In this document: one piece after another, positions 46,473 through 54,122 of the stretch
Position numbering within the stretch: position 1 is the first letter of the stretch
Layout: the number at the start of each line of letters is the position of its first letter
Virus record (IMG/VR): IMGVR_UViG_3300008111_001118
Strand: one strand, 5' to 3'
DNA: 64,000 nucleotides
Source: a virus
Taxonomy: Duplodnaviria; Heunggongvirae; Uroviricota; Caudoviricetes
Notes under the pieces: generated by a model
What the model saw: only the letters and a program-made list of their open reading frames with translations
Told to the model about the DNA's origin: nothing
Database searches by the model: none
Program-made: the position numbers and the translations under genes

Positions 46473-47660
46473 TTATAGTGCTTTTAGTAGAATAGTGTCT
46501 TCGTTGATACGTCCGCTGAGTTTAGTGTCAGTGGTTTTAATTTCGTCTAAGAAACGACGCAACTTGATCTTGCCTGCTGCCTTAAATTCTTTCAGTGTTT
46601 CTTCGGGCTTGCGAAGTGTCTTTTGCACACTTTTTTCTTCGTCGTAACCAATAAGAGCACTGCCCTTAACAGTCATTACGCTAGCATCTTCAGCAGCAAC
46701 ATACTTGCCAAGTTTGCGTGTCTTGATGTTGAATACCCAGATTTCTGCGGCTCCAATCAAGTCCAGCGGGTTAACACTTGCAAGTTGATACTTTTCGTCC
46801 ATTGCTTTGAATTTCAACTTAGCAACGATCTTGTCCTTGCTAGGTGCTTTCTTCACACGCGGCTTACGAGTTGCTTTACTGGTGTCAATAACCAGCATAC
46901 AAGCGCCTACAAGCGTCTCTAGTGCAGTTAGGTATGCTTGTGCATCTTTTTTACTAAGGTGGCTGTAGCCTTCGCGCAATTGCTGTGCCATATCCTTTTC
47001 ACGCTCGTCTTTGATCTTGGCAATGGTTTGCGGAGTAGGCAAGTTCTGAATCAAACGTACTTCTTCAAGTTCGCTTTGATAGTTAGACATGATCTTACGT
47101 GCATGAGCCTGCGTCACTTTATACTTTGCAAAGTGAGCAGTAAAGTCAAATCCTTTAGGATCAAAGGTTGTCTTATCCGTAACAAAACCTTCCAGCCACG
47201 CTTCGATGTCTTCCATTGCTTCTGCGGCTTGATCAGCAATACGTTCTTGAATTGTAGGCACAGGTGCAGAGGATTTAGCCGTCTTTTCTGCTGCACGATC
47301 CTTTTTAGCAACCTCTTTGCCTTCTTCGATAAGACCGTCAAGATAACGTTTAAAACCGTTAACATAATCTGTAGGAGGAGCAAGATTATTCAGCAGCCAG
47401 TGTGCAGTGATTGCCCAATGACTGTAATTAGCCGTCTTCCATTCTGGCAAACGGTTAATGTGTGCAGCATCAGTCTTAGGAAGAAATCTCTTCACGTATT
47501 CTTTGATCTTATTGCTCCATTCGCGGCTTTCAATTTCGTAATGAACGAAATGCTTTGCCTTCCAGAATGTGTCAGTTGGAGCAAGTGCAAAGCCACTAAG
47601 ACGACGAGTTGCACGAACAGTTGCTTTTTTCTTGGGTTTAAGAGCGGTAGTACGAGCCAT
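46473..47660 (-). CDS. hypothetical protein (395 aa) co-transcribed upstream of clpP
   Basis: ORF with a strong sigma70-like promoter upstream; Lys/Ala-rich with coiled-coil-like segments. Confidence 0.5.
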   Translation of the reverse strand: MARTTALKPKKKATVRATRRLSGFALAPTDTFWKAKHFVHYEIESREWSNKIKEYVKRFLPKTDAAHINRLPEWKTANYSHWAITAHWLLNNLAPPTDYVNGFKRYLDGLIEEGKEVAKKDRAAEKTAKSSAPVPTIQERIADQAAEAMEDIEAWLEGFVTDKTTFDPKGFDFTAHFAKYKVTQAHARKIMSNYQSELEEVRLIQNLPTPQTIAKIKDEREKDMAQQLREGYSHLSKKDAQAYLTALETLVGACMLVIDTSKATRKPRVKKAPSKDKIVAKLKFKAMDEKYQLASVNPLDLIGAAEIWVFNIKTRKLGKYVAAEDASVMTVKGSALIGYDEEKSVQKTLRKPEETLKEFKAAGKIKLRRFLDEIKTTDTKLSGRINEDTILLKAL

Positions 47661-47683
47661 GTAGATCTCCTCTGTGTTTATAA

Positions 47684-47712
47684 AATATACGACACTATAC
47701 AGTAAATGTCAA
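47684..47712 (-). promoter_or_regulatory. sigma70-like promoter (TTGACA-N17-TATATT, minus strand)
   Basis: Read directly from the sequence upstream of the 46473-47660 gene. Confidence 0.55.
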
Positions 47713-47969
47713 CCGCCGTATTTAATCCTATAGAAGGTTTCATACTTGCCATCAAGTTCAAATCCTACTACATATGTAGTCATGAATGTTGCAGCATTGG
47801 CATAATTTTCTAACACTTTTACTTCCGTTGCGTGATCTGCTAGATACTTGAACCATTCCATGGTTCTGTATGCGTTGTCTAGTGTTTTGTCAAGTTCGAC
47901 ACTGTTTAATATTTGTCCACGCATACTCGAGCCGTGATAGCCTTCTACATCAAACGGCACTTTAATCAT
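47709..47969 (-). CDS. hypothetical protein (86 aa)
   Basis: ORF. Confidence 0.4.
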   Translation of the reverse strand: MIKVPFDVEGYHGSSMRGQILNSVELDKTLDNAYRTMEWFKYLADHATEVKVLENYANAATFMTTYVVGFELDGKYETFYRIKYGG

Positions 47970-48339
47970 ACTGACTATCTACTAATTTTAATAGCATTTG
48001 ATACCTTTCGTAAGCAATTTTTGCTGCGGGATTGTTGTTACGAATACGTAATTCTTTTTCGTGACCGTCAACAATCGATTTAGCATAACCAGAATAATGA
48101 TGAGTATCTCTCCAGTTTAGTTGTTCCTCCCAGTATTTTTCCATGCCAATCAGTGTTTCGAAGTCACGCTTGGGCATGTCAATTTGAACACTGGGTTCGT
48201 ATTCGAAGTCGAGATCAAACGGTTCGTAATTAGGGGTTAGAGAGTCCATGCTCATACGCTTGGGCACAGCATAGCGTCTATGCCCAGGTTGTACGTGAGC
48301 ACGGTACTTTTTCTTAAAATGTTCTACTTCATCTGTCAT
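47962..48339 (-). CDS. hypothetical protein (125 aa)
   Basis: ORF. Confidence 0.4.
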   Translation of the reverse strand: MTDEVEHFKKKYRAHVQPGHRRYAVPKRMSMDSLTPNYEPFDLDFEYEPSVQIDMPKRDFETLIGMEKYWEEQLNWRDTHHYSGYAKSIVDGHEKELRIRNNNPAAKIAYERYQMLLKLVDSQYD

Positions 48340-48601
48340 TAACTAATGTTCCGTATTTCATAGCAAATATGCTGCCGTATTTGGTGTTGTTAGGCACAAA
48401 GAAAACATTGTGGTAAGTTTCGTAAGAATCAACTGCACGGCCAAATTTATCCACTACTGGTACTTCTTCAAAGTAGAGTTTTTGTACTGCTTTACGAGCA
48501 AGTGCAGTGTCAATACCCAATACTGCGACGGCAGCAAATGGACTAGACTCCGGCGGAGGATGCCCAATATGTCCCATAATTCTACCAAGTTTGTAGATCA
48601 C
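48329..48601 (-). CDS. hypothetical protein (90 aa)
   Basis: ORF. Confidence 0.4.
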   Translation of the reverse strand: MIYKLGRIMGHIGHPPPESSPFAAVAVLGIDTALARKAVQKLYFEEVPVVDKFGRAVDSYETYHNVFFVPNNTKYGSIFAMKYGTLVNDR

Positions 48602-49923
48602 AGTTTTTCTCCAGGTGCAAATCCACGGAATGTTTTGAAACGTGGAAAACGTAGGCTGTAGGTGCCATCTTGATTCTGTGTTACTGCATCAGCCCTAACT
48701 TCCACAAGAGATCCAGCAAGACTATCACGGTCAGCCCAAAAAGCAATACGCTGCTCGTCTGTGAGACCGCTACCAACATTGACCCTAATATCTTTCCCGT
48801 CATCCTGCCCAGCGCATACCAAAGCCCCGAGTCTTCCTGTGTTTTTTCCTGTGCCTTCTTCATAGCCAACAATCTCCAGTGTTACTTCGATAAACGGTTT
48901 TGCTTTAAGCCAACTTGCACTGCGCTTGCACTCGTAAGGTGCATCAACGTCTTTGATCATCACACCTTCATACCCACCGTCTACAGCCGCCTTATTAAGT
49001 GCTACAAAGCGTAGGTAGCCTTCTGCGGTATCCAGGTCTACAGTTTCCCAACCCAGTGCTGTAACGTGCTGTAGCGTGTTTGCGTGGTCTTCAACCCAAT
49101 GACTGACCATTTCACTGCGAACACTTTGGTTAAAACTATAAACTTTGTTCTTAAAATTACCCAGCGGAATAATGTCAAACAAGTTCAACACTGCATCCTT
49201 TGCATCGACATCTTTCTTACGCTGCACTTGACGCATAAGATCTTGAAAACTAGCACTCATAATTTCGCCATCAAGTACCAACGGATACGGTGCAGGATGA
49301 TCTTTCAACACAGCACGAATTTCTTCAATGATGTGATCAAAGTTATGAAACTGTTTGCCATTACGACTAAACATTTCAATGCTTTTACCGTGTACATCAT
49401 TGATAACAACGAGCACACGAACGCCGTCTAGTTTAACTTCAATCTGTTTCTTGCCACGCATTTTATCTTCGTGGTTAGCACTGTCGTGAGCAAGTTGGCA
49501 TTCAAATACCGGCACTTGATACTCAGGGTGTTTTTTACACACTTTGTTAACAGTTTTTTCGCTCATGCCACAACGCAGGTCTTTGATAAGAATACGACGA
49601 TACCAATCATTCCACTGTCGCTGTGTAGCAACGTTCATTGCTAGTTCGATAGCATCACGTGCAGCATGACCTGTTAAGTTTCGATACTGCAAATCTTGGG
49701 CAAGTTTCAGGAAAACAGTCCACGGTAGCCCTTGGCCTGCATCCGCGTTTTTAAATGGCACCTGCTTGACACCGTATGTGATCAATGGGTCCAGTGCCAT
49801 TCTAACACCTTCAAAAAACTCGTCAAGACCTTCTGCAACTGCTGCCGCTAGAATTGCTTCTTTGTCCAGTCGGCTGTTGTGATTTTCAAGGTTGCGAATA
49901 ATCACGTCTGGTTGTGTACGCAT
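48598..49923 (-). CDS. ATP-dependent DNA ligase
   Basis: KLDGVR nucleotidyltransferase motif I (EVKLDGVRVLV) and overall size/motif order of ATP-dependent ligases. Confidence 0.8.
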   Translation of the reverse strand: MRTQPDVIIRNLENHNSRLDKEAILAAAVAEGLDEFFEGVRMALDPLITYGVKQVPFKNADAGQGLPWTVFLKLAQDLQYRNLTGHAARDAIELAMNVATQRQWNDWYRRILIKDLRCGMSEKTVNKVCKKHPEYQVPVFECQLAHDSANHEDKMRGKKQIEVKLDGVRVLVVINDVHGKSIEMFSRNGKQFHNFDHIIEEIRAVLKDHPAPYPLVLDGEIMSASFQDLMRQVQRKKDVDAKDAVLNLFDIIPLGNFKNKVYSFNQSVRSEMVSHWVEDHANTLQHVTALGWETVDLDTAEGYLRFVALNKAAVDGGYEGVMIKDVDAPYECKRSASWLKAKPFIEVTLEIVGYEEGTGKNTGRLGALVCAGQDDGKDIRVNVGSGLTDEQRIAFWADRDSLAGSLVEVRADAVTQNQDGTYSLRFPRFKTFRGFAPGEKL

Positions 49924-49945
49924 GGAAACTCCTTTGGTTAGTTTG

Positions 49946-49973
49946 ATTATAACTTAAACGATATTTTAGTCAA
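49946..49973 (-). promoter_or_regulatory. sigma70-like promoter (TTGACT-N16-TATAAT) for the ligase gene
   Basis: Read from the sequence; overlaps the 3' flank of the upstream terminator hairpin. Confidence 0.5.
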
Positions 49974-49976
49974 GAG

Positions 49977-50003
49977 AAAAGGCACCCTAGGGTGCCTTTT
50001 GTA
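49977..50003 (-). terminator. rho-independent terminator downstream of tRNA-Leu(TAA)
   Basis: AAAAGGCACCC-tag-GGGTGCCTTTT hairpin with U-tracts on both strands. Confidence 0.6.
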
Positions 50004-50013
50004 TCTGTTGCGT

Positions 50014-50097
50014 TGGTGCCCACTGCCGGACTCGAACCGGCACTCCAGAGGAAGCAAATTTTAAGTCTGCCGCGGCTACCAATTTCACCAAGCGGGC
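50014..50097 (-). tRNA. tRNA-Leu(TAA), class II
   Basis: Hand-folded: acceptor GCCCGCT/AGTGGGC, anticodon stem GCAGA/TTTGC with loop CTTAAAA, long variable arm, T-arm CCGG-TTCGAGT-CCGG, encoded CCA. Confidence 0.8.
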
Positions 50098-50100
50098 ATT

Positions 50101-50496
50101 TTATTTTTTATACTTATCACCGGTAACTTGACCGGCACTCATTATAATAACTGGAATACGTTTAATATTCATTTCACGAAATGCAAAGTAACGATGATGT
50201 CCATCAATTACTTGATAAGTGTTTTCTCGTGGAATTCTTCTTACTAGTATTGGAGGTATCTTGCTGATATCTCGTTTTATCTGTTTTTTAATACTGTTTA
50301 TATTTGCTCTAGCATCAACATCTTTAGTATCACCTTTACCGTCTCCTTCGAATCTAGATCGGATCTGATTCATAGGCATTACAACAACTCGGTTGTATTC
50401 GTTTTTAAAATCAGTTACATTGGCACCGACAGTACTGTCACCAGTTTCAGGATCAACGTCTTTGGTTATTTTTGCTACTACTTCAAATATTTTCAT
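50101..50496 (-). CDS. ParB-like nuclease domain protein (about 131 aa from the internal Met MKIFEV)
   Basis: DGHHRYFAF motif of the ParB/sulfiredoxin fold. The ORF as called (to 50553) would overlap tRNA-Leu(CAA), so the internal start is preferred. Confidence 0.5.
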   Translation of the reverse strand: MKIFEVVAKITKDVDPETGDSTVGANVTDFKNEYNRVVVMPMNQIRSRFEGDGKGDTKDVDARANINSIKKQIKRDISKIPPILVRRIPRENTYQVIDGHHRYFAFREMNIKRIPVIIMSAGQVTGDKYKK

Positions 50497-50512
50497 ATAG
50501 TATTTATTATTT

Positions 50513-50595
50513 GGTGCCCCAGGAGGGACTTGAACCCCCACGCCTTGCGGCAAAAGATTTTGAATCTTCCGTGGCTACCATTACACCACTAGGGC
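50513..50595 (-). tRNA. tRNA-Leu(CAA), class II
   Basis: Hand-folded: acceptor GCCCTAG/CTGGGGC, anticodon loop TTCAAAA, long variable arm, T-loop TTCAAGT, CCA encoded. Confidence 0.75.
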
Positions 50596-50820
50596 AAAGT
50601 GTTGTTTAAAGGTGGCATCAGCACTTGTCTAGTACAAATTTATCGGGCCCAGCTGCGTTCAAACAACTATGTGTCTGTTTTTACACCTACGTAAGGACTA
50701 GAATGTTTTTTATCCTTACTCCTTTAAACAATATAGTAATTAGCCTAGCAATAACCTATAGCATATCGCCGGGTCGCGGTCGACTCACTTCCCTTACACC
50801 CCCAAGGTGCAGGCTAAAAT

Positions 50821-50896
50821 TGGTTGCGGTGGGCAGGACTCGAACCTGCGATTTACTGGTTATGAGCCAGTCGAGATGCCGCTTCTCTACCCCGCA
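50821..50896 (-). tRNA. tRNA-Met/Ile2(CAT)
   Basis: D-stem GAGA/TCTC, anticodon stem ACTGG/CCAGT with loop CTCATAA, T-arm GCAGG-TTCGAGT-CCTGC; acceptor has one mismatch. Confidence 0.65.
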
Positions 50897-51397
50897 ATAA
50901 ACTTAACTAGTAGAACAGTCTCGGAAATGGAGTAGTCGCCTACAGCCAAATGGGTCTGTACTCGAAAACTGTTCAACTAGTTAAGTTAAAAGATATGCCA
51001 ATCCTCTTATCACTTTCCACAAACGGTACCGGTTTTTGAACTAACATATCGTTAAACTTAATTTTTGCATAGGCTGAGATTATGCCTTGCTGTAGGAGCC
51101 TTTGACCATTACCGTTAGCCTTGCGAGCCACGTTCTGTCGTTATCCACAAGAGCCTTTTACGGTCATCTTGTATCTCCCAGTGGTGCCTTTTTTGGAGAG
51201 TGGCGTTTCTCTCGTCGCACGTTGCTACTCGTCCTTCTATCCTTCGTCTGCCTTGCGAGCAGTTCACAGTCGCTAAACCGTTACGCTATCTTTCCGAACA
51301 ACTACATCAGCCTTGCGAGCATCCGTAGACCACATTCTCTTGCGAGTGTGGCATTAACCACCTTTCACAACGTACCGGGACAGTCTTTCGCTTTTGT

Positions 51398-51468
51398 TTA
51401 TCAAAGAAGGGATTGAACCTTCGCCGATTCCGTTCAATGGAATTGCTCTACCGCTGAGCTATTTGCGA
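51398..51468 (-). ncRNA. aberrant tRNA-like element (anticodon loop ATTGAAC = UGA anticodon, short variable arm, 2 mismatches in acceptor stem, no CCA)
   Basis: Good D-arm (GCTC-AGCGGTA-GAGC), perfect anticodon stem ATTCC/GGAAT, T-arm GAAGG-TTCAATC-CCTTC, but acceptor TCGCAAA vs TTTGATA pairs only 5/7. Confidence 0.4.
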
Positions 51469-52133
51469 ACCTACTTCGATGTGCTGTCCCAGTTGCTTCA
51501 CGTCTTGTTAGACGCAAAATACAACACACCGACTGTCTTTTGCCTTGCGGGCTACTCAACGTCTTTTTAAGTATCCGGGGCCTAACCCTTCCACTCTCAA
51601 GATGCTAACTTGCCTTTGCTTGCGGGCTCAGACTAGTTAACTACCTGTTAACTTTCAGCATTCGTTAGTTTGGCTGAACAGTGTTTGGGCGCCAACCCTC
51701 TTATCGCTCACCGACCGGCTCTGCGACTATCCTTTCGGACACTATTCCTAACTTACTGCCTACCGCCTTTCTACGGACGGGAGTTGCTTTCGGTACCCGA
51801 GTCAACTCTAGTTCAGGCTTGCTTAGATGGACCATTGCTGGCGCAAGTTTATAGGAAACCTTGCTTTGGGTGCATTACTGCACTTACCCTTACGTGGACG
51901 CTAAGCCGCCCATCTTACTGTGTTTACAACGATATATTGTTTATCTTATCGTCAGTCGATAGACATAGTGGTTAGCATTGCCATTTCAACTTATTGTCAG
52001 TAGCGTGTGGCCCTGTTGTTTCGCTAGGAACCACCCTAGTTACTTGACAGTGCTACTACCCAATATACCTGTGTAAACACAGTGTTTACCAAATTATCAA
52101 AGAGCGTGTAAACAACTTCTTGCTTACTTGTTT

Positions 52134-52162
52134 AATATAGTGCATGTTGCACCAAAGGTCAA
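52134..52162 (-). promoter_or_regulatory. sigma70-like promoter (TTGACC-N17-TATATT) firing leftward into the 1.3-kb ORF-free region
   Basis: Read from the sequence; copy 1 of a duplicated promoter-leader module (see 54979-55008). Confidence 0.55.
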
Positions 52163-52191
52163 CCACTTTTTTATCTTTTTTTATTTTTTTT

Positions 52192-52266
52192 TGGAGCGGG
52201 TAACGGGATTCGAACCCGTGACCTGGTGCTTGGCAAGCAGCCGCTCTACCCCTGAGCTACACCCGC
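52192..52266 (-). tRNA. tRNA-Gly(GCC)
   Basis: Acceptor GCGGGTG/TACCCGC, anticodon loop TTGCCAA, T-arm ACGGG-TTCGAAT-CCCGT, CCA encoded; one C-C mismatch in the anticodon stem. Confidence 0.7.
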
Positions 52267-52313
52267 ATTTTAAGTTTGTAGTGATTATTAAATTCACTAT
52301 GTAGACAATTTAA

Positions 52314-52389
52314 TGGTGCCGGTAGAGAGATTCGAACTCCCCACCTGATGATTACTAATCAACTGCTCTACCAAATGAGCTATACCGGC
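52314..52389 (-). tRNA. tRNA with anticodon loop TTAGTAA (AGT anticodon, nominally Thr; unusual A34)
   Basis: Perfect acceptor GCCGGTA/TACCGGC, D-arm GCTC-ATTTGGTA-GAGC, T-loop TTCGAAT, CCA encoded; one T-T mismatch in the anticodon stem. Confidence 0.6.
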
Positions 52390-53093
52390 AAATTATTATA
52401 AAATGGAATAACCACATTTTCAGCAAATGCTTCGTGTTGTTTTCCTGAAGGATGATCATCTCCCGGTGTAGGAAAGTCGTTGGGCATGTTATCTCTAGAC
52501 CATTCGTAGCAACCCTTAACTGGTACAAATCTTGTCCAGTCTACCATTTCTTTTAAATATTCTGTTTGCATAGTATTGACATTACTCTCATCAAATGTGC
52601 TTTGATTCATATTACTAAAAAAGTATTTTATATTATTTACTTTCAAGTAATTTTGCAATCTTAGAATATTTTCATAGGTTCTGATTAAATCAAATGTGTT
52701 GTTTGTATAAATCTTATAATGATTCGTTGAAAATCGACTAGGAAAACTTGCATTAATCAATACCCATTTGCCTGCAGGATCATTTTTTGGCCACGCTAGG
52801 TGACTGGCTTCGGATATGTTTGGCTTTGATAATTGATTTAATACAAATGAGTTTTCTACATAAAATGATGCTCTGTTGGCAGCACTCCACATAACCCCAA
52901 CTACTATATCTTTCGATTCTACATTGTTTTTGAATAAATCATTAACTTGATAAATTGCACGTCTAGCGATATGCTCATTTCCATTACTGCCCAATCCCAT
53001 TGGGTAATGGGCATATTTCATTTTTTTTGCAAAATGAAAGGGCCAAGTATGATTGTCGTATGTAAATGAGCATCCGCTTGATACAAAGTGCAT
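52380..53093 (-). CDS. hypothetical protein (237 aa) embedded in the tRNA array
   Basis: ORF flanked by tRNAs on both sides; no recognised motif. Confidence 0.5.
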   Translation of the reverse strand: MHFVSSGCSFTYDNHTWPFHFAKKMKYAHYPMGLGSNGNEHIARRAIYQVNDLFKNNVESKDIVVGVMWSAANRASFYVENSFVLNQLSKPNISEASHLAWPKNDPAGKWVLINASFPSRFSTNHYKIYTNNTFDLIRTYENILRLQNYLKVNNIKYFFSNMNQSTFDESNVNTMQTEYLKEMVDWTRFVPVKGCYEWSRDNMPNDFPTPGDDHPSGKQHEAFAENVVIPFYNNLPV

Positions 53094-53185
53094 ATTTTAT
53101 TTATCCCTCATATAGATCTTCGTAATCAATATCGTCATCGTCTTCTAACCAATCGGTATCGGACGAAGTTTGATCAACAGTTTAA

Positions 53186-53262
53186 TGGTCGGAGTGACAG
53201 GATTTGAACCCACGACATCTTGGTCCCAAACCAAGCGCTCTACCAAACTGAGCTACACTCCG
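53186..53262 (-). tRNA. tRNA-Pro(TGG)
   Basis: Acceptor CGGAGTG/CACTCCG, anticodon stem CTTGG/CCAAG with loop TTTGGGA, T-loop TTCAAAT, CCA. Confidence 0.8.
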
Positions 53263-53268
53263 ATATAC

Positions 53269-53344
53269 TGGCTGGGAAGGGTGGATTCGAACCACCAACC
53301 AACGGATTCAAAGTCCGGTACTCTACCAATTGAGCTACTTCCCA
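53269..53344 (-). tRNA. tRNA-Gln(TTG)
   Basis: U1:A72 acceptor TGGGAAG/CTTCCCA (typical of Gln), anticodon loop CTTTGAA, T-arm GGTGG-TTCGAAT-CCACC. Confidence 0.8.
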
Positions 53345-53350
53345 ACATTT

Positions 53351-53432
53351 TGGTGCGGATAGAGGGACTCGAACCCCCACGCTTACGCACTAGTTCCTAA
53401 GACTAGCGTGGCTACCATTACACCATATCCGC
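53351..53432 (-). tRNA. tRNA-Leu(TAG), class II
   Basis: Acceptor GCGGATA/TATCCGC, anticodon stem CTAGT/ACTAG with loop CTTAGGA, long variable arm. Confidence 0.8.
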
Positions 53433-53437
53433 ATTAA

Positions 53438-53513
53438 TGGTGCCCCCAGCAGGACTTGAACCCGCGACCCCCTGATTACAAATCAGGTGCTCTACCAGCT
53501 GAGCTATAAGGGC
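53438..53513 (-). tRNA. tRNA-Thr(TGT)
   Basis: Anticodon stem CCTGA/TCAGG with loop TTTGTAA, T-arm GCGGG-TTCAAGT-CCTGC, CCA. Confidence 0.8.
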
Positions 53514-53523
53514 AAAAACTTTT

Positions 53524-53597
53524 TGGAGCGGGTAACGAGATTCGAACTCGTGACAAGAGCTTGGAAGGCTCGCATGTTACCGCTACACCATACCCGC
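53524..53597 (-). tRNA. tRNA-Gly(TCC)
   Basis: Acceptor GCGGGTA/TACCCGC, anticodon loop CTTCCAA, T-loop TTCGAAT, CCA. Confidence 0.8.
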
Positions 53598-53604
53598 ATT
53601 ATAT

Positions 53605-53680
53605 TGGCGACCTGTACCGGGATCGAACCGGTGTTCTTCTGCGTGACAGGCAGACGTATTAACCACTTTACCAACAGGCC
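53605..53680 (-). tRNA. tRNA-Asp(GTC)
   Basis: Anticodon stem TCTGC/GCAGA with loop CTGTCAC, G73 discriminator, T-loop TTCGATC, CCA. Confidence 0.8.
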
Positions 53681-53870
53681 AAAAGCATCACACACGGCTT
53701 ACAAGTTCCGTCCCACCACTATGTGAAAGGTGTGATGCAACACTGTATACTACGCCGTTCCAAACCAACATCTAGTGTTGATATGCTATTTAAAGCCACG
53801 CACTGCTATTTCAAACAGTTACTCACGATGCTATGCTTACGCTACTAGGAGGTTCACAGTGTGTTTATTA

Positions 53871-53958
53871 TGGCGGAAGCGGTGAGATTCGAACTCACGG
53901 TACCTTGCGGTACGCTGGTTTTCAAGACCAGAGCCATCAACCACTCGGCCACACTTCC
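53871..53958 (-). tRNA. tRNA-Ser(TGA), class II
   Basis: Acceptor GGAAGTG/CGCTTCC, anticodon stem CTGGT/ACCAG with loop CTTGAAA, long variable arm, CCA. Confidence 0.8.
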
Positions 53959-53965
53959 GTATATT

Positions 53966-54041
53966 TGGCACAGGAGCAAGGACTTGAACCCTGGACATTC
54001 GGTTTTGGAGACCGACGCTCTACCAACTGAGCTACACCTGC
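53966..54041 (-). tRNA. tRNA-Trp(CCA)
   Basis: Anticodon stem TCGGT/ACCGA with loop CTCCAAA; acceptor with one mismatch and one G-U. Confidence 0.7.
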
Positions 54042-54047
54042 ATATAT

Positions 54048-54122
54048 TGGTGCGGAATGAGAGGGTCGAACTCCCGACAACCTCGGTGTAAACGAGGGGC
54101 TCTACCACTGAGCTAATTCCGC
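54048..54122 (-). tRNA. tRNA-Val(TAC)
   Basis: Acceptor GCGGAAT/ATTCCGC, anticodon stem CCTCG/CGAGG with loop TTTACAC, CCA. Confidence 0.8.

Noticed and set aside
46938-47705. 255-aa plus-strand ORF
   Set aside because: It is fully antisense to the 46473-47660 gene. Its Cys/Phe-rich composition is typical of frame-shadow ORFs in AT-rich DNA.
51102-51975. Plus-strand ORFs 51102-51416 and 51670-51975 in the ORF-free region
   Set aside because: They are opposite to the orientation of every neighbouring gene and of the flanking promoter. They are Cys/Leu/Ser-rich with no RBS. The region is better explained as non-coding RNA on the minus strand.
53487-54091. Plus-strand ORFs 53487-53726, 53833-54030 and 53861-54091, one with an AGGAGG about 17 nt upstream
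   Set aside because: They lie antisense across back-to-back minus-strand tRNA genes. Their low-complexity translations are the mirror image of tRNA stems, and the SD spacing is too long. These are spurious.
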